NCBI GenBank assembly: GCA_047651235.1
Contig: CP178758.1
Location: 1,200,001-1,232,000 of the forward strand
Direction of reading: 5' to 3'
DNA length: 32,000 bases
Source: Candidatus Electrothrix yaqonensis
Lineage (GTDB): Bacteria > Desulfobacterota > Desulfobulbia > Desulfobulbales > Desulfobulbaceae
A program made the translations under genes and the position numbers. The notes under the pieces were generated by a model that was given only the letters and a program-made list of their open reading frames with translations, was not told the DNA's origin and searched no databases. Numbering within the stretch: the first letter of the stretch is position 1; each line of letters begins with the position of its first letter. Shown piece after piece: positions 26,234 to 32,000 of the stretch.

Positions 26234-27433
26234 CAGGGCTGTTCAATTCTAGAAAATCCCGGCGTAATCAAACAGACGATTTATATCCATACAGTTCCTG
26301 AAAAGCTCCCGGCTGACATTTTTCACCTTGTTCTTACGAAGAATATTGAGAGCAAAGCTTCTCAGTTTCGCAAATATGTGCGGATTGCAACGAATTCGGG
26401 AGCGGTCTTCGCCCATAGAAACATCCCGAACATAATGATTTCCATTCTCGATCCGCCAATGCCCCAGGATTCCCTGACATATTTCTTCAGCGTCCGAACC
26501 GGCTGTTGAAACATAAAAGGATGTCTCATGAGTGTTTTTCCATTTTTTCTTCTTTGTATCAAACACCTGACGAAATCGATCGATTCTGATGACGGCTTCG
26601 GCCGAACTCCATTTTTTCGCATCCGTAAGCAGCGGGGACAGAAAAACTTCCACTTTGCGACTCTCTATACGGTTTCGTTTTTTTTTCAAAAGGCCCCGTG
26701 AAAACATCATCAGGAACAGACGTATTCGCGATATTTTCACAGTCGTTCAGGAGAGTTTTCTGATTTTTTTTAACCTGAGCAATCACATCGTTTCCCGTTT
26801 CAGCGGCGGCCTGAAGAGTTTTTTTCTGACAATGAAGGGCGTCGAAGGTAAAAATGCGGTCGGATAAACCGAGTTCTTTCATCAGTTTCCGCGCCGCCGG
26901 GATTTCATTGCTTTTCTCCCTGATTTCTTCATGGCCGAGAACGACGGCGCGGTCGCCAGCAAAAGCACTCAATATCTGAAGCTGATTAATATCCTTCATG
27001 TTATCGAAACTTCCCCGGAGAGTTTTGCCGTCGCAATGAATAAATTCTCCGTCCGGTTCCTCTTCCGCGAGAGCTTTGCCGTGCTCCCTGAAAATCCGCT
27101 CAAGTTCCGAACCGGAAGTATTCAGAATGACAGTGCGGATCGTTGTATATGCAGGAGCTTTTTTCCAGTCCAGGCCGAAATATTCATTGAGCCTTTCACG
27201 ATGCGCATCAACGAACAGATGGATTTTGCGATAAGAATCCGAACCGCTCAGGATCGCCATGATCGAAAACAGAAGAATATGCGTAAGCTCATATCGCCGG
27301 CCCTGCCCGCGTCGATGATCTTTGATTGTGTTCAGCAAAAAAACAGCATGCAGAATCCTCGTGTAAAGTTTTTCTGTATCAATTACTGCATACGTCTTGA
27401 AAATACAAGCTCTTATAGAACTGAACAGCCCTG
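26234..27433 (-). mobile_element. ISAs1-family insertion sequence, 1200 bp, with ~18-bp imperfect terminal inverted repeats and a 10-bp TSD
   Basis: The left end CAGGGCTGTTCAATTCTA (26234-26251) and the reverse complement of the right end, CAGGGCTGTTCAGTTCTA (27416-27433), match 17/18. The element is flanked by the direct repeat ATCAGAGAAG. It encodes a DDE transposase of ISAs1 type. Confidence 0.85.
26249..27338 (-). pseudogene. ISAs1-family transposase split into two overlapping frames (259-aa + 163-aa ORFs) by a frameshift at an A9 run
   Basis: The N-terminal ORF (MLNTIKDHRRGQGRRYELTHILLFSIMAILSG...CDGKTLRGS...FDALHCQKKT) and the C-terminal ORF (...GHWRIENGNHYVRDVSMGEDRSRIR...) together give one typical ~365-aa ISAs1 transposase. 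The frames can be joined at the T9/A9 homopolymer at 26678-26686 (...FTGPFEKKK|RNRIESRKVEVF...). Confidence 0.75.
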
Positions 27434-27443
27434 ATCAGAGAAG
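27434..27443. repeat. Target-site duplication, right copy (ATCAGAGAAG)
   Basis: See the left copy at 26224-26233. Confidence 0.85.
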
Positions 27444-27826
27444 CCTTTTTTCATGTGGTCCCATGCATCGGCTGAACTGGTTTTCATGCTGCCGTACCAT
27501 TCAGCAACCTGATTCCGTTGCTTGCGAAGATCTCTGAGGTTTTCACGAGTTTTTTTACGGGCAGCTTTACTCATGGTATCCCAATTTTTATCAACGCTTT
27601 TCTCCAGCGCATTGATACGTTTATCAAGCTTCGTCAGACCCTCTTTTGTTTTTTCAAGTGCCTCCTCTTTTTTATCGGCAGTATATGAACCGATAGTTTT
27701 GAGCAAATCCTGACTTTCCTTCTTCACATCTTCCATTGAAGTGTTGCTGTTTTCCGTTTGTGCAAAGAAAAGTGGAACAGCACCGAGTATGCTGATCAAG
27801 ACTAGCGCACAGGCTGTTGATTTCAT
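27434..27826 (-). pseudogene. 5' part of the IS-disrupted gene: signal peptide + coiled-coil domain
   Basis: MKSTACALVLISILGAVPLFFAQ (signal peptide) is followed by a heptad-rich K/E/L segment ending ...SSADAWDHMKKGFSD. The last six residues of track ORF 27413..27826 (QGCSVL*) are read from the IS inverted repeat. Confidence 0.75.
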
Positions 27827-27873
27827 CTGTAGTCTCCTTTGTTAAGTGTCGGTTGTGGTCAAGTATGATGTGT

Positions 27874-28161
27874 TTACTTCATTTTCGAAGCAGCTGACTT
27901 CACTGCATCAGCGAGAGAGTTCCACGCATCATCAAGACCTGCTTTAAGCTCCTCCCAAGCATCGCTACTTGCGTTCTTAAGTTCGGTAAGTTTATGAGCG
28001 GCAGCTTCTTTCTTAGACTGGAGTACCTCAATGTGTTTTTGATAATCAAGTTGTGCATCGGCTTCTGCACTGTCGGCTTTTGCTTTGAGTTTGTCGATCT
28101 CCGCACTCCACTCGTCTAATTGTGCCTGCAATTTTTGTTCATATGCTTCTTTCATGCTCAT
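27874..28161 (-). CDS. Small coiled-coil protein (95 aa), paralogous in style to the N-terminal part of the disrupted neighbour
   Basis: MSMKEAYEQKLQAQLDEWSAEIDKLKAKADSAEADAQLDYQKHIEVLQSKKEAAAHKLTELKNASSDAWEELKAGLDDAWNSLADAVKSAASKMK. It shares the ...(S/A)S(A/S)DAW(D/E)..K.G..DA(Y/W) ending with ORF 27434..27826. The ATG at 28161 follows GGAGAA. The track start at 28200 is a GTG with no SD. Confidence 0.6.
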   Translation of the reverse strand: MSMKEAYEQKLQAQLDEWSAEIDKLKAKADSAEADAQLDYQKHIEVLQSKKEAAAHKLTELKNASSDAWEELKAGLDDAWNSLADAVKSAASKMK

Positions 28162-28316
28162 AATAGTTTCTCCTTCTGGATAAGATTGATGGTTTCGCAC
28201 TTAACAGGCTTAATTATTATGATAAATTATGCCTTACACCTCCTTTCTTTTATTTCAAAGATGTAGAAAATTTTGCAAAATCAGTCTCCCTTGTACCCGA
28301 CCAAAAACGCTCAGTA

Positions 28317-29180
28317 TTACTCTGTCTTTTCCGCAGCTATTTTTTCTAACGCCTCCTTGTTCAATGTGCGTTGAAACAGGGGGGATTTATCTTTCTGATA
28401 AAGAGGGAAACTTTCCTCAAAAACAGGTTTATTCTTCTGTTCGTAAAAAATGCCGAGCGGGAGCTTATCCTGCTCTATAGCCCGGGAAAATGCAGCGGAT
28501 CGATCAGAGGTGTCATGCTGTTCATCAAGATAATACGTATGCTCCTTAAACCATTTCGCTGTATTCACTTTGTTAAAGGAGACACAGATCTGAAAAACAT
28601 CCACAAGAGCAAATCCTTTATGCTGTACAGCCTTTTTAATGATTTCCTTTGTTTTATCCTGATCTAAAGCATTCACTCGTGCCACAAAAGAGGCATCCAG
28701 AGCGATTGTTGTCGCTATCGGATTAAATGGTTCAAGAAAAACACCATTGACCTGGACCGGGGTCTTCATCCCTTTTGACGTAGTCGGAGAAGCCTGACCT
28801 TTTGTCAGTCCATAAATCATATTATTGTGAACAACAGCCGTGATATCAGGATTCCGGCGTATTGCATGGAGGAAATGATTCCCTCCCTCTCCATACATGT
28901 CACCGTCTCCGCTTTCAACAATGACTGTAAGTTCCGGGTTAGCAGCCTTCATGGCTGTTGCAGGCGGTAATGCCCTGCCATGAAGTCCGTTAAAATAATT
29001 TGCCTGAATATATTGGGGTGATTTGGCTGCCTGACCGATTCCGGAAACCATAACCGTGTTGACCGGATCAAGCTCCAGTTCCTCAAGCATCTCAAGCATA
29101 ATTTTACGGATGGGGAAATTCCCGCACCCTGGGCACCAGGCAATATCCTTCACATGGGGATCAAATATATTCTCGCTCAT
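28317..29180 (-). CDS. 2-oxoacid:ferredoxin oxidoreductase, beta (TPP-binding) subunit
   Basis: WCPGCGNF near the N-terminus, the GDGD...GGNH TPP/Mg motif, and [11 protein letters not shown]. The gene is adjacent to the alpha subunit, 9 nt downstream. Confidence 0.9.
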   Translation of the reverse strand: MSENIFDPHVKDIAWCPGCGNFPIRKIMLEMLEELELDPVNTVMVSGIGQAAKSPQYIQANYFNGLHGRALPPATAMKAANPELTVIVESGDGDMYGEGGNHFLHAIRRNPDITAVVHNNMIYGLTKGQASPTTSKGMKTPVQVNGVFLEPFNPIATTIALDASFVARVNALDQDKTKEIIKKAVQHKGFALVDVFQICVSFNKVNTAKWFKEHTYYLDEQHDTSDRSAAFSRAIEQDKLPLGIFYEQKNKPVFEESFPLYQKDKSPLFQRTLNKEALEKIAAEKTE

Positions 29181-29189
29181 AACTCTCTC

Positions 29190-30500
29190 CTATTGTATGG
29201 ATTGAATCTCGCGTGCTATTTCTTCCTGCGAAAAAGGCAGCCCGGTAAACTTCAGTATATTATGCGCAACAGGGACTCCGGCGTACCCCTTGAGCAGGGT
29301 TGCAAACTGCGCTGAGGCATTATTCTCTACAACTGCAATTCGCTTATACCGGCTCAAAATATCTTCTATGTTTTCCGGAAGCGGCCAAACTTGGGAAAAA
29401 TGCATACCAGCGGGTGGCGATTCAAGGAGTTGAAACGCATGCTTTACCGCATTTCCTGTTGAGCCCCAACTGACCACGAGCAGCTCATTATCTTTATTAC
29501 CGAAACAGTCAGGCTCTATGACTTCTTTACGCACCAAATTGAACTTACGGAAAAATCGTTTTTCCACCATAGCCTTCCTGGTCTCGTTCAGATTTTCTGT
29601 TATCAGGCCTTCTTCATCGTGTTCATCGCTGTCCACCTTTACAAGCCCTTTACCGAATCCCGGTATGCCCCGTGGCGAGACACCGCTTTCCGTAATGGCA
29701 TAACGCTTATAATCTTGTGCGGTTTCGGTAAAATGGTGTTCAGAAACCGTCTTGTCCAAGTCCCAAACAGGTGTATTGCACAATGAATCAACAAAATACT
29801 GGTCCGTCAGGATAAAAACCGGAACCTGAAACCTATCAGCCAGATCAAAAGCCCGGTTGGTCAGATAAAAGGCCTCTTCAACTGTTCCGGGAGCATAAAT
29901 AATTCGGGGAAAATCACCATGCCCGCTGTAGAGAACAAGATGAAGATCACCCTGTTCGGTACGGGTAGGCAGCCCTGTGCTGGGACCGGGTCGCTGCGCT
30001 ACATGGACGACAAAAGGAATTTCCGTGATACCGCTTAAACTGATGCCCTCCGACATAAGGGCCAACCCGCCGCCCGAGGTTGTGACAAAAGCTCGGGCAC
30101 CGGCATACCAAGCACCAAGTGCCATGTTCACGGCCGTAATTTCATCTTCAACCTGTTCGATAATACATTCTGTCTGCTCAGACCAGCCAGCCAGTTTGAC
30201 CAACACCCCGGTTGCAGGCGACATCGGGTACGATGCAACATAACGCACGTTTGCCGCAATTGCGCCCATAGCCACAGCTTCTGTTCCGCTGATCAGCATC
30301 TCATCCTGAACAGATGCATCTTTTTCTATATCGACCTCCAGGTATTCCGCTATCCTGGCAGATTCCTTGATCCCCTCTTTTGCGGCCTGGATATTTTCCT
30401 GGATAATCTTTTCATCTTTTCCCTTAACAGAGGTAGAAAACTCTCGACAGAGACGATCTCCGGATTCGCTTGATTCAACTTTTCGCAGGCAGGGATTCAA
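29190..30500 (-). CDS. 2-oxoacid:ferredoxin oxidoreductase, alpha subunit (the functional start is possibly the ATG at 30299; upstream codons look like the tail of a lost gamma domain)
   Basis: ISGTEAVAMGAIAANVRYVASYPMSPATG..., TTSGGGLALMSEGISLSG and PFVVHVAQRPGPSTGLPT are alpha-subunit (POR_N / transketolase-like) motifs. The track ORF begins at a TTG. The first ATG (residue 68, MLISGTEA, preceded by AGGA) gives the usual ~369-aa alpha subunit. Confidence 0.85.
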   Translation of the reverse strand: MNPCLRKVESSESGDRLCREFSTSVKGKDEKIIQENIQAAKEGIKESARIAEYLEVDIEKDASVQDEMLISGTEAVAMGAIAANVRYVASYPMSPATGVLVKLAGWSEQTECIIEQVEDEITAVNMALGAWYAGARAFVTTSGGGLALMSEGISLSGITEIPFVVHVAQRPGPSTGLPTRTEQGDLHLVLYSGHGDFPRIIYAPGTVEEAFYLTNRAFDLADRFQVPVFILTDQYFVDSLCNTPVWDLDKTVSEHHFTETAQDYKRYAITESGVSPRGIPGFGKGLVKVDSDEHDEEGLITENLNETRKAMVEKRFFRKFNLVRKEVIEPDCFGNKDNELLVVSWGSTGNAVKHAFQLLESPPAGMHFSQVWPLPENIEDILSRYKRIAVVENNASAQFATLLKGYAGVPVAHNILKFTGLPFSQEEIAREIQSIQ

Positions 30501-30823
30501 TATCTTAACTTCACCGTATGATTTGTTTCTGCACAGGCTGACTGCGGTCAGCCGCTGAACGACAGAATCAAAAAAACAAAAAACTTTACTTTTTCTCCTC
30601 TGTTCCGAGTAAAAAATACCCGTCTATCATCTGCATCAGAATCCCTCCTGTTCATTACGGGATGTATTGTCAGGTAGGAATGACAAACATTCTTTGTGAT
30701 CCCCGGATACTGTCCGTAATACACGCTGTTTCTTTGTGCTGCCGTGCCTTTTTTTATTCAGGCATAATATTTGCTTAGTTATACTGTAGCTCAGTTTACC
30801 GCTCTGGAGGAGACCCCCTGTTT

Positions 30824-32000
30824 ATGCAGACCTATCGCACTGAAAAAAGGCTCTTTATCGGAATGTTTGCAGTACTGCTTCTGGTATGGCCCCTGCTGCT
30901 CTCCGTGCTGCTGTTCTGGAACACACAGCACATGAAAAAAACAACAATATCAATGGCTGAAAATAATGCCAGGATGATATGGGAAAAAGATACCCTGTAC
31001 CGCTCCTGGATCGTTTTTCACGGAGGAGTCTATGTCCCGGTTTCCGAACAAAACCCTCCGAACCCTTATCTTTCGATTGAACACCAGGATGTACAGATCG
31101 GAGGACGGGAATATACCCTGGTCAATCCGGCATATATGTTCCGGCAGATGTATGCCCAGAATCCGGAGCATCCGACAATCCGGGGACGCCTGACAAGCCT
31201 TGCGCCGATGCGGCCGGACAACGGGCCGACGGCGTGGGAGGAACAGGCGCTCCGCTCCTTTGAGCACGGTAATGAGGAGTACATAGAAACCGCCGACGTT
31301 AAAGGGAAATACTATCTCCGTTTCATGCGTCCTGTCAGAATGGAAAAGGCATGTCTGCGCTGCCATCAGGAAGAGGGCCGCAGGCTCGGTGAAATCAGAG
31401 GCGGCATAAGCCTCACGATTCCTTTGGAAGACCAGTTTTTCCTGTACAGAAAGAATGTCAGCAAACTCGGACGGGCTTTCTTGGCAATCTGGCTGGCCGG
31501 AACCGCGATTATTTGTGTAACCTACACCATTGTCCGCAGGATGCTCGGCACGCTTGTCCAGAGTGAAAAGCAGAAGACAACCATTCTGGACACACTGGAC
31601 AGGGTGGGAGTCGGATTATATATTGTTGACAGAACATTCCGGATCCGTTACGCCAACAGCACCATGAGCAACTGGTTTCCCTGTGAACCCGGATCAACAT
31701 GCCATGAGTCCGCCCACGGGCAGGAGCATCCCTGTACCTCCTGCTGCCTGGAACAGGTGGTGCAGGGTCATGAAACCATCCGGTATGAACTCAGCTTTCA
31801 GGAGCGGAGCTTTGATGTTGTCGCCACCCCTATTCTCCTGCACGACGGAACACCGGCAAAAATGGAAGTCAGACTGGATGTGACAGACCGAAAAAAGGCT
31901 GAACAGGAGCACCGCAAGGCAATCGAGCTGCAGAAGGCCAAAGAGGTGGCAGAAGCTGCAACCCAAGCAAAATCAATGTTTCTGGCCAATATGAGTCATG
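30824..32000 (+). CDS. Sensor histidine kinase: TM + periplasmic DUF3365-type haem-c (CxxCH) sensor domain + TM + PAS + start of HisKA (3' end beyond the window)
   Basis: It is absent from the ORF track because it is open at the right edge. ATG at 30824, with GGAGGA upstream. Translation reads MQTYRTEKRLFIGMFAVLLLVWPLLLSVLLF (TM1), ...YTLVNPAYMFRQM...GKYYLRFMRPVRMEKACLRCHQEEG..GEIRGGISLTIP (the DUF3365/Tll0287-like pattern with CLRCH), FLAIWLAGTAIICVTYTIV (TM2), a PAS-like segment, a coiled coil, and then SMFLANMSH (H-box). Confidence 0.85.
   Translation, partial: MQTYRTEKRLFIGMFAVLLLVWPLLLSVLLFWNTQHMKKTTISMAENNARMIWEKDTLYRSWIVFHGGVYVPVSEQNPPNPYLSIEHQDVQIGGREYTLVNPAYMFRQMYAQNPEHPTIRGRLTSLAPMRPDNGPTAWEEQALRSFEHGNEEYIETADVKGKYYLRFMRPVRMEKACLRCHQEEGRRLGEIRGGISLTIPLEDQFFLYRKNVSKLGRAFLAIWLAGTAIICVTYTIVRRMLGTLVQSEKQKTTILDTLDRVGVGLYIVDRTFRIRYANSTMSNWFPCEPGSTCHESAHGQEHPCTSCCLEQVVQGHETIRYELSFQERSFDVVATPILLHDGTPAKMEVRLDVTDRKKAEQEHRKAIELQKAKEVAEAATQAKSMFLANMSH

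Noticed and set aside
30536-30553. Hairpin GGCTGAC-tgcg-GTCAGCC as a terminator
   Set aside because: The T-run precedes rather than follows the stem on the minus strand, and no T-run follows on the + strand. It also lies upstream, not downstream, of both flanking genes.
1-32000. CRISPR arrays, tRNA/rRNA genes and a tRNA-Sec near selB
   Set aside because: I saw no regularly spaced direct repeats and no GGTTCGAATCC-type T-arm signatures in the non-coding gaps (5824-6436, 23971-24575, 24960-25269, 30501-30823). This was a by-eye check only; tRNAscan-SE or Infernal should confirm it.

Overview
This window looks like a chromosomal segment from an anaerobic, probably sulfate/sulfur-cycling Desulfobacterota-like bacterium; that taxonomic guess is inferred from gene content only. 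Almost all genes are on the minus strand. Left to right: (1) selB, open at the left edge, preceded on the same strand by three tandem paralogous c-type cytochrome genes. Two of these are 4-TM + di-haem proteins. (2) A gene remnant, an MBL-fold hydrolase and an Mrp/NBP35 Fe-S carrier. (3) A hydrogenase-less Hdr module: mvhD, an frhB-like gene, a double-module hdrA, hdrC and hdrB, ending in a clean terminator. (4) A lower-GC insert with an Eco29kI-family GIY-YIG restriction enzyme, an m5C methyltransferase and a very AT-rich 560-aa orphan protein with a HEPN-like Rx4H motif. This is the best candidate here for an undescribed defence function. (5) A SixA-like phosphatase, arsM, and a second Hdr module: an HdrA/GltD-like fusion of the 'HdrL' type plus a DsrM/DsrK-like membrane Fe-S/CCG fusion. 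(6) A decayed accessory region. It holds a multiply frameshifted secreted-repeat pseudogene, a ferredoxin, a Cys-rich SAP-like miniprotein and a 1200-bp ISAs1-family IS with 10-bp target duplications. The IS splits a coiled-coil/DUF1566 gene that also carries a TGG->TAG nonsense mutation. (7) Two 2-oxoacid:ferredoxin oxidoreductase subunit genes and a haem-c (DUF3365-type) PAS histidine kinase, open at the right edge. By eye I found no CCGCGG (the Eco29kI/SacII site) in the window, although its one-base neighbours are common. I saw no rRNA, tRNA or CRISPR array. All similarity statements come from motif recognition by eye, not database searches.
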